Of a DNA stretch of 64,000 bases, positions 49,146 to 59,400 are shown in pieces. The translations under genes were made by a program, and so were the position numbers. Origin of the DNA: an uncultured virus (IMG/VR IMGVR_UViG_3300029288_000094) (lineage: Duplodnaviria; Heunggongvirae; Uroviricota; Caudoviricetes); IMG/VR virus record IMGVR_UViG_3300029288_000094; one strand, given 5' to 3'. Position 1 is the stretch's first letter. Every line of letters begins with the position of its first letter. The notes under the pieces are model-generated. The model searched no databases, was not told where the DNA came from, and was given only the letters and a program-made list of their open reading frames with translations.

Positions 49146-49450
49146 TTAATTAAATCCTTAAATTGTTCTAATCTAATAAGAACTAAATCTTTATTATGAT
49201 TTTTACCTTTAATATGGACTATAACCAGAGGTAATTTTCCTTTACAGTTTTTTTCAGATTGCTCCATCCACTTTTCAGCTACAAAAGATTGTCTTGATTT
49301 AGCTTCTATACTAATCTTTTTATCTTTAATAGCAATATCTTCACCACCAAAAATACCTACACGTTCACCCCCTAAAATTTTACATAAATCTTTTTCATTC
49401 CTTTTACCTCTTTGTCTATTAGAACGTGCTACATCAGCTTTATTTGGCAT
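49142..49450 (-). CDS. PD-(D/E)XK nuclease, Holliday junction resolvase-like
   Basis: RGKRNE...D...IEAK...W.EQ; located next to recombination genes. Confidence 0.7.
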   Translation of the reverse strand: MPNKADVARSNRQRGKRNEKDLCKILGGERVGIFGGEDIAIKDKKISIEAKSRQSFVAEKWMEQSEKNCKGKLPLVIVHIKGKNHNKDLVLIRLEQFKDLIK

Positions 49451-51206
49451 CTTTTGTCATCTCATATTTTATTACAATTTCTGGATGCTTTTCTTTACAC
49501 CAACTAAGAAATTTAGTATATTCTTCAACATTTTTAGCATCAACTAATATCTGTTTACTACTTAAAAGTTTACCCCCTAGGGTATCATAGTTTTCTACAT
49601 GACCTTCCAAAAATATCATATAATGTGAATTTTTATATCTTGGTTTACTTGTAATCATACCACTATTATTGTAAGTCTGAATCATTGGAGTATCACTTCT
49701 AATATCATAAGTTGTTATTAACAATTCAACACCATTTAATTTTTCATCTAACATATTTTAAACCTAATTCTATATTTCCAAAATTATTTACCACAAAAAA
49801 CTGTAAACAATCTCTGCTACAAAAATGTAAAGATTTTCTTTTTTCCATATCTAAAAGATAATACCATCCCTGAATCTTTAATTCATTTGTTTTCTTTTCA
49901 CAAAAATCACAAGTAAAGGTACTATCTTTTCTCATAAAAGTTACAATCACCTTCACCATTCTCCAATTCCCTGGTAAGAATCATATCCAAGCTAGTAAAT
50001 TCATTTTGCACAATACAAAACTCTTCATTTTTTACATAAAATTTACAATCCTTACAATAAACTTTTGATTTAACTTTCATTTTTGTTCCCACTTTACATC
50101 CTCAGGTTTAATGTTGGCATAATGATGCCCCCAAAAATTAGTACTTTCATGTACTTTTAATAATCTTCCAATCCTGTTCTTTAAATCTTTAGAAGTAGTT
50201 TTTAAGATGATACCATAGTAAGAAAAGTTATTCCACCTCTCATCTTCCCAATCCAAGATTTTAACTAAAGTATATACAGGGTTACTATAACCATTTACAA
50301 CAACTATCTCATCATCAATCTGAAATTTCGGTAACTGTATACTTTTATCTCTTCTAGTTTTTTTATATCTTTCTTCAAGTTCTTCTTTAGCTTTATTTCT
50401 AATTTCACTAAAACTTTTAATGTCATATCCTCTTGTAGTAACACCTAAATGCTTGTCAGTTAAAGGTGACTTTTGCAATTTGTGACTCCTTTTAATAATA
50501 TTTGCAAATACTAACTATTTATATAAACTACAGCCTGTGCAAACAACATATAAATTCTTTTTGACACAACTACACCATTAACTTCCTGCTCTTCAATAGC
50601 TTGTGTTATCACAGGAGAACCAAATGGAACATACCCCTCTTTTATAGCTTCATAGATTTTTTCAGTCAAGGCTTCTGCTCCTTCTTCTTCTAATAATATA
50701 TAATCTTCTACTTTTTCCAATTTAATCCCCCTTTTCTAATGCTTCTTTTACTTTACTAATAAAAACAGAAGTAGGTTTTACAACCTCAAAATTAATTCCA
50801 TCCTCAAGGAAAATTATTTTTTCTACACCAAAACAATCTTTGAATTGTTTTCTAAGAAAATCTGTTCTATTATCAAACATACAAGAAGCACTTCTGACAA
50901 TAATAACATCATCAGGTGTGATTTCTAATACCTTTTTATTTTCCATAATATTTCTCCTTAATGGTTACCTTTAAATAATTTCTTAGCTTCTTTTACACAT
51001 TTAGAACAAGTCTTACTTCTAAAATAATCAGAGCATATTGGTACATTCTTAATACCATCTTTAGTTTCCATCTGCACAAATGGTTTACAGAAACCTTTCT
51101 TATTCAAAGGTATAGCATAAATAGGCACTCTATAAACTTCATGACCATAACTTAATTCGTCATAGTTTCCAAGACACTCAATATACTTTACTATTTGTTC
51201 TGTCAT
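49440..51206 (-). other. Run of small hypothetical genes (49440..49754, 49744..49935, 49922..50080, 50077..50478, 50511..50720, 50722..50946, 50958..51206)
   Basis: Tightly packed or coupled ORFs, several with Cys motifs; no recognisable function. Confidence 0.55.
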
Positions 51207-54034
51207 ATTTCACATACCCCGCCAACACAGGCATATTCTTTTGAACCTTCTGTCATATCTGACTTTTCATAAGAACTTAATTCTGAAAAATCTAATTTAG
51301 GAAATGTTTTCATCTTTTCTTCATAAGTTTTAGCATCTATTTCTTCAAAAGGTGTTAGTTCATATATACCCCCATCATATGGAAGAAAAGACACCCCACT
51401 TATAAAATCCCAATTTTTATATACCCAAGCACCGGTTTCAAGCCATTCAGAATCTTTAACATAAATAGTTACTGAAGGTTTATGTTCACACCAATAATCT
51501 TGAAAAAGTTTCCAGTATTCTAACTGTTCAATAGCAGACATATCATCTCTAAACATAGAACTTTTAGGAGACTTTACGTAGAAATCAAAAACTAAAGTAG
51601 TAGCATTTTCCAATGTAGAACCAATTTCTGGATTGTAAGGTATTCCTTTATCTATAAGAAATCTTGACATTGGGTCAGTTTTAGCAACTCTTACTCTTCT
51701 CACATAATATGGAGAATATCTTGTGTGTATCCCAGAAGATGACCCGACTAATTGACTAACTGTTCCACTCGGTTTCACACAAGTAATAGCTGCTGGCATA
51801 TTAATTCCTAATATATTAGACCATTTTTCAGCCTCCTCAATAGCCGTTAATTTCATAGTAGTAAGCCAGTCCTGTATTCTTTCTTTGTTTTTTATGTTTC
51901 CAATAATAGGATGGTCACACACACCTGTAAGACTAACACCTAACAACCTCTCTTCTTCACAATTCTTTTTAAATTCTTCATTGATAATAGGAAAGTTTGT
52001 TAATGTAGACTGTAAACACCCAAGCATTGTAGCCATTCTAACTTTCTGACAAAGAGAATGTAGAGTATCATTTTCCCTAACAACCACTTCTGTTAAATTA
52101 CAAAATTCATTAGGTCTTAAAATTATTTCTAAACAGTTGTGTGCTATAACTCCTTGACAAAAATTATAATGTGGTTCTTTATTCATGGAATAATCCCAAA
52201 CTTCCTTTTCACCAAGACTTTTTATACTTAATACTTTAAGTTTTATTTTATATTCACCACTAAATTTTCTTATCTTTGAATTTTTATAATTACTAATGAA
52301 ACCTATACTTTCTTTAAACTTCCAAGAATTTCTTGGTGCTATTTGTAAATTCCAACTTTCTTTAGATATATAAGTTCCATTATGCCATTTTATGGCTTTA
52401 GGTTCATTGTGAACTGCCCAAGATTCTATACCAAAAGAAGCTAATAATAACTGTACTTTTTCTATAAGAACATGATTAGTAGATTTTAGAGAAATTTGAC
52501 TATGTGCATTAACACTTCCATTAGCTTCAAATAAACCCCTTAAGAAAGAGGCAGATGTACAAGAGTCCCCAAATAAAACATCTTCGGGGAATGCTCTTGT
52601 TGTTACTGGCTTATTTAATAAAGTAACACACCGTGGTATATTTTTTATATTTGTATATAAGGAACCACAAACTTCCTCTTTAAACCCACAGTTCTTAGTT
52701 AAAAAATCATACACTTCAGTTTCTTTCTCTTTATTTAATTTTACAGTAACTCCTTCCCCACTTGCACATTTACTACCATCACCAAACAAAAATCCATACA
52801 TAATATATTTATCATCAAAGGAGGAAGTGTCTCTATTACCTAACCCCCATTTTATACTCTTACCCAAAGAATCTTTTGCTTGACACCATGTACCATCACT
52901 AAGCATTATTTTATGTTCTGGAGTAAATTTTACTTTCATGCCATTATTTAATGTTAACTCCAAAACTTCTTTTATCCCAGTTTTCCAAGATTTCCAAGTA
53001 ACTCCATTATCATCTATTCTTCTTAATTTGTCACCATCTAAAAGTAAAGAATCAGAAGGCTGACAAGGATTACCACCAAATTCAAACTCAGGGTTTCTTC
53101 TGCCCAATGAAGCTACTATCTTTTTAGCTCCTTCTCTGTTAAATATACCACGTTCTCCAGTACCACTTCTTGCCAAAGATAACCATTCTTCCATAAAGAT
53201 ATACATGTCAGGTTTTTCTGTGTAGGCAACTGAATTGTTTGCAAGTGCTCTATATGGAGCCATTTCCCAAAATGCACCATCTTTAGCATGTTTCATCCTC
53301 TGGTCTGATAGATTGCTGAAACTAATGCAAGCACTGCGCCTGGTTCCTCCGGCTACAACCACATCACATATGCAGCACACCAAATCATGACATTCTAATG
53401 AGTTTAATTTTCTTCCTTTTGCTTGTTTGAATAAATTAATAGTAAAATCAATAAGTCTCCTTAGTGGTCTTGGCCCACTTGCTCTACCCCCAAATGTTTT
53501 AAGAACAGAACCTTCAGGTCTAATCTTATCTAAGTTAAAATTTGGTATCTTTCCACTATATAGATGATTTATAATTGAGTTATAACCTTCTGCCCAACCT
53601 TCCCTGCTATCTTCAAAAATAACAGTTTCTTCTATGTTTGATAGTGTATAGGGAATGGTTGGTAAATTAACTACATACTGTCTTTCTACGCTAAAACCAA
53701 CTCCTGTGCCACACATAAGAATAAACATTATGTCAGAGAATATCTTAGGATTATCTACTACAACATAAGAACAATTATAACCAGTAATGTTGTTGTTCTT
53801 TAATGGAGCACCAGCAGCCCACAAAGCCCTCATACTGGGCATAACTTTTAACTGCATGACATACTGTCTTGCTTTATCAAGTTTTCTCTTCTGTGCAGAA
53901 GGTATGATTTCTCTTAGAAAATCAAAATACCTTTCTACAGTTTCATCCCAATTTTCCCTTCTGCCTTTTTCATCATTCCACCTTGAGTAGGTCCTTTTAT
54001 AAATAAATTCTGAATATGAATCAAGAAATGGCAC
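51203..54034 (-). CDS. nrdJ: Class II (adenosylcobalamin-dependent) ribonucleotide reductase with intein
   Basis: RTYSRW, PSMRALW, YNCS, LKTFGGRASGP, RRSA, NP|..|CLEI, FCNLTEV, TCVKPSGT, C-terminal ACVGGVCEI. Confidence 0.93.
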   Translation of the reverse strand: MPFLDSYSEFIYKRTYSRWNDEKGRRENWDETVERYFDFLREIIPSAQKRKLDKARQYVMQLKVMPSMRALWAAGAPLKNNNITGYNCSYVVVDNPKIFSDIMFILMCGTGVGFSVERQYVVNLPTIPYTLSNIEETVIFEDSREGWAEGYNSIINHLYSGKIPNFNLDKIRPEGSVLKTFGGRASGPRPLRRLIDFTINLFKQAKGRKLNSLECHDLVCCICDVVVAGGTRRSACISFSNLSDQRMKHAKDGAFWEMAPYRALANNSVAYTEKPDMYIFMEEWLSLARSGTGERGIFNREGAKKIVASLGRRNPEFEFGGNPCQPSDSLLLDGDKLRRIDDNGVTWKSWKTGIKEVLELTLNNGMKVKFTPEHKIMLSDGTWCQAKDSLGKSIKWGLGNRDTSSFDDKYIMYGFLFGDGSKCASGEGVTVKLNKEKETEVYDFLTKNCGFKEEVCGSLYTNIKNIPRCVTLLNKPVTTRAFPEDVLFGDSCTSASFLRGLFEANGSVNAHSQISLKSTNHVLIEKVQLLLASFGIESWAVHNEPKAIKWHNGTYISKESWNLQIAPRNSWKFKESIGFISNYKNSKIRKFSGEYKIKLKVLSIKSLGEKEVWDYSMNKEPHYNFCQGVIAHNCLEIILRPNEFCNLTEVVVRENDTLHSLCQKVRMATMLGCLQSTLTNFPIINEEFKKNCEEERLLGVSLTGVCDHPIIGNIKNKERIQDWLTTMKLTAIEEAEKWSNILGINMPAAITCVKPSGTVSQLVGSSSGIHTRYSPYYVRRVRVAKTDPMSRFLIDKGIPYNPEIGSTLENATTLVFDFYVKSPKSSMFRDDMSAIEQLEYWKLFQDYWCEHKPSVTIYVKDSEWLETGAWVYKNWDFISGVSFLPYDGGIYELTPFEEIDAKTYEEKMKTFPKLDFSELSSYEKSDMTEGSKEYACVGGVCEI
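52136..53065 (-). mobile_element. Intein (310 aa) with LAGLIDADG endonuclease in RNR, at the catalytic Cys
   Basis: GGNP|CQPSDS..., FTPEH, GFLFGDG, FLRGLFEANG, VWDY...IAHN|CLEI. Confidence 0.92.
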
Positions 54035-54049
54035 TTTTATTTCTCCTTT

Positions 54050-54412
54050 TTATTCATCTTTTTCAGCTTTTTCAATAGTTACCCTTACTTGATGCTGAAA
54101 TTCAGTTTCATAAAACTTACACTTTTTCATTCCTATACAGTGTTCATCATCTTTTGTACACAAATCAAAGAATGCTTCCTTTCTAAACCAATAGCAGTCA
54201 TTATGTATTGGGACATTATTTATAGTATTCCAATACCTTGAAGCTCCTCCAGGTGTTACAGAAGGAGATACTGAAGGTGAACTAGAAACAGTAGTAACAG
54301 TAGTGAGGTATTCCAACATACTGTTTCTGTGAAGTTTTAATAAACTATAAAATGCTCCATCAGTTCCTTGTACTGAAGAACCCTGTAATTTTACTTTTTG
54401 ATTTTTTTTCAT
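54050..54412 (-). CDS. Hypothetical protein, Cys-rich C-domain (paralog A)
   Basis: NDCYWF...C...C...CKFYETEFQH. Confidence 0.55.
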   Translation of the reverse strand: MKKNQKVKLQGSSVQGTDGAFYSLLKLHRNSMLEYLTTVTTVSSSPSVSPSVTPGGASRYWNTINNVPIHNDCYWFRKEAFFDLCTKDDEHCIGMKKCKFYETEFQHQVRVTIEKAEKDE

Positions 54413-54629
54413 TGTCTTTCTTTATAGTTTCTTTTACCAAATGTTGAAAAGCAGTTTCATAATATTTACATTCTTTTGTATCTACGCAAACTTTTCCTCT
54501 TTTAAAAAATTTACTATTTTCTCTAATACAAAGCCATGAGTCCCCCCTATCATACCAGTAGCAATCATTAAACTCGTCTGTAGCATAAGATGCTGTACAT
54601 TCAGGTGTAGGACTAGCTGTTACTTTCAT
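54360..54629 (-). CDS. Hypothetical protein, Cys-rich (paralog B; start uncertain)
   Basis: NDCYWY...C...C...CKYYETAFQH. Confidence 0.55.
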   Translation of the reverse strand: MKVTASPTPECTASYATDEFNDCYWYDRGDSWLCIRENSKFFKRGKVCVDTKECKYYETAFQHLVKETIKKDNEKKSKSKITGFFSTRN

Positions 54630-54639
54630 TGATACTTTC

Positions 54640-55608
54640 TCATCTCGATGCCCACGAATTTTTATATTTAATATTATAAACAAGGTACTTTTTTATATTA
54701 AACATTTTTGCTATTTCAGTACACATGACATTTTGTTCTAATAATTTTTTTATTTTTACAACCTTTTCAACATTTAGTACAACATTTTTCCCAATACTAT
54801 TATCTTTTCCTTTCAAAATAATTCCTTTTCTAAAGAGATTAATTATAAAGCTTGCCTTACTTTTCTTTCTGTCTAGAAACATAATGGAACTACTATACAA
54901 AACATCTAAAACTTTTACAGCATCTTTTCCATTTATCTCTACAGAATAGATTGATTTTGTTTTTCTTACATGTTTATCTTTTCCAATAATATTTTTTGCA
55001 AAGTTAGTAAAACTCATACAAATATTCAAAGAGCCTACTAAATTAAGTACAGGAAGAACATTCAATTTATTTTTGGCATGTATCATAACACATCCATCCC
55101 CATCAATCACCCCACGCCAGAAGTCTCTATTGAAAGCTAATTCATCACAGACTTTGGCAGTAAGTGATTTTCTGGGAATGACACCGTATTCCGATAATTT
55201 ATCTACCATACCTTTAGATTCTATAGATGTTCCTACCAAGTTATTATTTTTAATAATAGGTCTATCAGTTTTAAGAAAACTGAGAAACTTTATTATATGA
55301 TTCTTATCCCTGTTGCTTATAAATAAGTTAATAGAATTTCTAAAAATAGTACCATCAGCCATGAGGAATCCAATCCAATAGGCTGATTCGGGTGTGATTT
55401 CATCAAAAGCATGTTCATTGATTGTGTATTTTCTATGACATTCTGAAACACCTCTTCTTTCTATTCCGCCCCTTTTTAATATGTTAAAAATAAAAGTAGT
55501 AGAGCACTTATTTTTTATAGCTATGTTTGTAGAAGATAAACCCTCCTTGTAGTCTTGTATAATTTGATTCATAATCTCTTGTGGAAATTTTCTTGTGCTA
55601 TTCCCCAT
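54640..55608 (-). CDS. Free-standing double-motif LAGLIDADG homing endonuclease
   Basis: AYWIGFLMADG and FWRGVIDGDG; flanking HTH domains. Confidence 0.9.
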   Translation of the reverse strand: MGNSTRKFPQEIMNQIIQDYKEGLSSTNIAIKNKCSTTFIFNILKRGGIERRGVSECHRKYTINEHAFDEITPESAYWIGFLMADGTIFRNSINLFISNRDKNHIIKFLSFLKTDRPIIKNNNLVGTSIESKGMVDKLSEYGVIPRKSLTAKVCDELAFNRDFWRGVIDGDGCVMIHAKNKLNVLPVLNLVGSLNICMSFTNFAKNIIGKDKHVRKTKSIYSVEINGKDAVKVLDVLYSSSIMFLDRKKSKASFIINLFRKGIILKGKDNSIGKNVVLNVEKVVKIKKLLEQNVMCTEIAKMFNIKKYLVYNIKYKNSWASR

Positions 55609-56590
55609 ATTCGTACTTTACCTTATTAGGCAGAAAACTAACTTCTGTTTCATCCCAAATCTTCTTTACCTGTGCATCTATTTTATCTTTCATTTCTTTT
55701 GTGCAGTTTTCTTTTATCTCTTTCAAAGCACCTTCTTCTATACCAATTTCTTCCAAAGCACCTTTAACTCCAGCAAGAAAATTCAAATTAGCTGTAACAT
55801 CATCAACCCCATAATTGAATATTACGGGAAGTTCACATTCCCTAAAAGGTAAACCTACTTTATTCTTCTTGCATTTTGCAATAGTTTCAATACCGTAAGG
55901 TCTTTTTATCCCTCTTATTGTTTTAGTTAGTTTACCTTTTTCTACTAAGAATAATCTTTGTGATGCATAAAACCCAAGTGCTTTACCCCCAGCAACCCTG
56001 TATTTATTTCCTATCATAACTCCCAAGTTCTCTCTTATCTGAGAGACTATCATAAGGTGTATATTAGCTTGGTCTACTTTTGAATGTATATTAGTTATTA
56101 AAGAGTTCACCAAAGCTGCCCTTTTAGCAGCGTCATATCCTTCTGAAAGTTCATCTTTAGCTACTGGAACTAATGCGTCTAATGTATCTATAACATAGAT
56201 TCCAGGAACTTTATCCTGTTCCACTTGCTTAGCAGCTTCTAACATAAGATTATATGTTTCTGTTATATCAACAACATCATCAATAATAAAAGTCTTGTCA
56301 TCAGAAGGCAAGCCTAATGTTCTTGCATAATCTACATCAAACGCAGCCTCTGCATCCTGATACCAAATATAACCATCTTTAAACTGTTTCCTGAAATTAG
56401 CGATAGCCTCAATGCTTAACCCAGTTTTATTTGAACTGGCATCTCCTATAACATTTGATATTCTCCCAAGAGGCCATCCTCCACCCAACACACAGTCAAG
56501 TATCTGACAACCAGAAGATATAAATTTTAATTCTTTTTCTTTAAGAAAGTAGTTACCTACTCTTTCTTCTTTTTCTTTCTTTTTTACCAT
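55598..56590 (-). CDS. recA: RecA-like recombinase
   Basis: ISSG..LD..LGGGWPLGRI, DAEAA.D..YA..LG, SQIRE, GGKALGFYASQR, KKNKVG.PFRE. Confidence 0.9.
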   Translation of the reverse strand: MVKKKEKEERVGNYFLKEKELKFISSGCQILDCVLGGGWPLGRISNVIGDASSNKTGLSIEAIANFRKQFKDGYIWYQDAEAAFDVDYARTLGLPSDDKTFIIDDVVDITETYNLMLEAAKQVEQDKVPGIYVIDTLDALVPVAKDELSEGYDAAKRAALVNSLITNIHSKVDQANIHLMIVSQIRENLGVMIGNKYRVAGGKALGFYASQRLFLVEKGKLTKTIRGIKRPYGIETIAKCKKNKVGLPFRECELPVIFNYGVDDVTANLNFLAGVKGALEEIGIEEGALKEIKENCTKEMKDKIDAQVKKIWDETEVSFLPNKVKYEYGE

Positions 56591-57568
56591 TCTCTTCCTC
56601 TGTTATTATTGAGTATACTGGTATCATCATAGTAGCAGCTATAGAATTCTGTATAAGATTCTTTAAGTAAACAGTTTTACAATTAGTTCTTTCTATATAA
56701 TCTTCTACACTTTTATCATCTATATTTATAGTAAATTTCATTTCTGTCCTTTAGTAAACATATACTTAATAATTATTTCTGGGTTATTCTCATAACACCA
56801 CTTATAAAAGTCATTATCCTTTAACTCCACCGCACCACCTACAGTGTCAACAAATCCATGAACCATTATATCATCATTATCAATAAAATTTATTGGGTAT
56901 TCTCTTACTTCTATCATGCCTCTTTTTAACATTTCCTCTGCAAGGCAATGTCCCATAGAATTAGCAATTTCTTCTGTTACATGCTGTTTATAAATAGCAT
57001 CACGAAGCATCTCTTTTCTAATTCTTACTGTTGCCTGTAGTCTTCCAGAATACCCCCTTCCTCTACCTAAGTTATTATTCATTTTCTATTTTCTATTACT
57101 ATTATAGCAGCAGCTAAATAGTTTATAGCATCAAGTAACTCATTCACTGCCTGTTCTGGGTTCATCCTTTCCTGTTCATATGCTTTCTTCAATGCCTGTC
57201 CAAGGTTAAATCCAATACCCACACGTTCAGGTATTGAACATATCAACTGATTCTCAAATGCTTCACCATTAGCATGTCTTTCCTTCCCCTTCCCCACAGA
57301 TGCCCTTTCATATGCTTTGGTAAAGATTTCTAATAGTTTTTCATATTTCTTGTCTTTCAGCACATTTTTCACAAACATTCCTCTCCTCTACTATTTCAAT
57401 CCCTTTAGCAACATCGCCAAACCTTTTCTTCTTTACTGAAGGTTTGACTGGTAGCACATTGCCATCTCTGTCTTTGTAGTAGTATTCTTTTTCTCTTGTC
57501 TTAGTTACTATTCTTACAGGAGATTCATATGGTTCACTTACCTTGTTACAAAGTTGGCATCTAAACAT
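56553..57568 (-). other. Small hypothetical genes (56553..56741, 56738..57082, 57079..57378, 57341..57568)
   Basis: Coupled ORFs; 57079..57378 is all-helical (KGKERHA..GQALKK..ELLDAINY); 57341..57568 has Zn-finger Cys pairs. Confidence 0.55.
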
Positions 57569-57588
57569 TATTTTTCCCTCTTAAATTG

Positions 57589-57674
57589 TGATGCAGGAGG
57601 CAGACTTAATGGTATAGTCTTGTATACAGCTAACTTCAGCAAATTGCTTACTGACCACGCATCCCCCTGCATCA
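57589..57674 (-). ncRNA. Candidate structured RNA (three-stem junction) downstream of ssb
   Basis: 12-bp closing stem and two internal hairpins; mismatches resolve as G-U on the - strand. Confidence 0.5.
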
Positions 57675-57682
57675 TGTCCTAT

Positions 57683-58678
57683 TTACTTACTATACTTTTT
57701 AACTCTCTCTTTAATGGCATTCAAATCAACTTTAGGTTCAGGCTTTTCTTCCTGTTTTAAATTATCTTCTTCTTCTACAATCTCTGCAAGTTCTTCATCT
57801 GACATTTTGTTGGCATCTTTAAACTTATAACCTAACTCAATTACCCTCTCAATAAGTTCTTCTCTGTCAAGTTCTATTCTTGGTTTGTTTTTAGGAGGCT
57901 CTTTAGGTACTGAAGATTTAGTTTCTTTTTCTACAGGAATATCATCTTCTTCTTCCTCTTCTTCTTTAACAGGTGCTAAACCACCATCAAATACCTTCTT
58001 TATATGTTTGTATTCCTTAAAGTCAAGTACTTCAGGTAAGGGATTTTCACATATAAACTCAAGCCATTTCTCCATTGTTTTCTGGTCAGAACTTAAAAGT
58101 GTTGACTTTCTTGCAATCTTCTCACCTTCATACTTAGTCTGTAAATCCTTACCATGTTTTTCAAAACTTACATCATATCCACTGTCAGGGTTATCTATTC
58201 TAAGTATTTCACCAGAAGGTGAATCCTCATCTGTAGACTGCAACACAAACTGTCTGTCAATGGAAGCTGGCATCATCCAAAGTTTTGGTCCAGCAGCTTC
58301 ATCTGCCCTGTCAATAACCCACACAAGTACTTTCCTTTTAACACCTATAGCATCAACAAGTGCCTTATCACTTTTTGCTTCTGGTGTAGATAATGCTTCA
58401 CATATAGGACAAGGTTCATCTTTCATTTTCTTTAAGCAAAGATATGAAGAATTTGAATCACCTATCTTATAATGAACAAAAATATCTATACCATAGTGGT
58501 CAGGATTGTCCCATGTAGGAGGTAAGATTCTCAATTTATTTGCACCATCTTTAGGTAGAAAGAAAGTAAAATTAGATTTGAAAAAACTCTCTTTGCTTGA
58601 ATCTCTTTCTTTTGCTCTGTTTACATATGTTTCTCTCGGTCTTTCTGAATACTCAAATGCTCTTTTCTTTGTTACCAT
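57683..58678 (-). CDS. Single-stranded DNA-binding protein (T4 gp32-like)
   Basis: LRILPP..HY..CL..CPICE; GYD...K.G....TKY; acidic C-terminus. Confidence 0.8.
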   Translation of the reverse strand: MVTKKRAFEYSERPRETYVNRAKERDSSKESFFKSNFTFFLPKDGANKLRILPPTWDNPDHYGIDIFVHYKIGDSNSSYLCLKKMKDEPCPICEALSTPEAKSDKALVDAIGVKRKVLVWVIDRADEAAGPKLWMMPASIDRQFVLQSTDEDSPSGEILRIDNPDSGYDVSFEKHGKDLQTKYEGEKIARKSTLLSSDQKTMEKWLEFICENPLPEVLDFKEYKHIKKVFDGGLAPVKEEEEEEDDIPVEKETKSSVPKEPPKNKPRIELDREELIERVIELGYKFKDANKMSDEELAEIVEEEDNLKQEEKPEPKVDLNAIKERVKKYSK

Positions 58679-58713
58679 AATAATCTCCTTTTTGCATAAC
58701 GCCTTATAATGGC

Positions 58714-59181
58714 TTAATGCTGTCTTAAAAGTTTTCTTTTATTCTTTAGTTCTACTTCTGATGCTTCTTTTGTCTTTACTGATATTTCTCCAAAATAACC
58801 TGCTACATAAAGCCCACATAATTCTTTTAACATCAATGCTCTCTGTTGATAAGATTCTTTAAGTGCTATCCATTCATCAGCCTCCTCTTTAGCTTTCAGA
58901 TAATCTGCATTAGACTTCAGAACATACTCGTCTGTGTCTGCAAATGTTTCTGCCGTCTTATCTGAAAGAGATTTTCCTTCAAGCCTCCCTTCTACTTTAT
59001 TTGTAATAAAAGTTTTAGACCAAGTAGCATCCTTCTCCTCTTTCAGCCTATCCCTTTCTGATATAGCTTTTACTGAGTTAGAGGCAACTTCATAGTAAAG
59101 TTCTGGTTGATGCTTACATTCCTCATCAAGGTTGTTTTTATTGATTAATAATTTTTCTCTTGCTTCTTGTAAAGAAATCAT
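58714..59181 (-). CDS. Recombination mediator (UvsY-like) helical protein
   Basis: L.IN...LDEE...QP..Y...LKESYQQR..ML; next to ssb and recA. Confidence 0.6.
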   Translation of the reverse strand: MISLQEAREKLLINKNNLDEECKHQPELYYEVASNSVKAISERDRLKEEKDATWSKTFITNKVEGRLEGKSLSDKTAETFADTDEYVLKSNADYLKAKEEADEWIALKESYQQRALMLKELCGLYVAGYFGEISVKTKEASEVELKNKRKLLRQH

Positions 59182-59202
59182 TTGTTCTCCTTAAATTTAA
59201 TT

Positions 59203-59400
59203 AAAGGCAAAAGGTAGAATACAACCGGCTAAAGTTCAACAACTAATAATCATTTGTGGTTGTTTTCTGGCATTAATAACTAACAACATATGATTTATGT
59301 TTATTGCCACAACACCACCCAAATAGGTATCATCCTACTGATGAGATAGCCTTCCACTGTCGTATGAGGACTGTAGTTCATGTACCCTACCCATGCCTTT
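59203..59400 (-). ncRNA. Candidate ~200-nt structured ncRNA
   Basis: Ends pair (AAAGGCA/UGCCUUU; GGUAGGGUACA/UGUAUUCUACC with G-U on the - strand); internal hairpins and a repeated UUAGUU motif; no ORF in the track. Confidence 0.6.

Noticed and set aside
59338..59370. Hammerhead core CUGAUGA on the + strand
   Set aside because: The following stem leads to GUAU rather than GAAA, and G-U pairing favours the - strand
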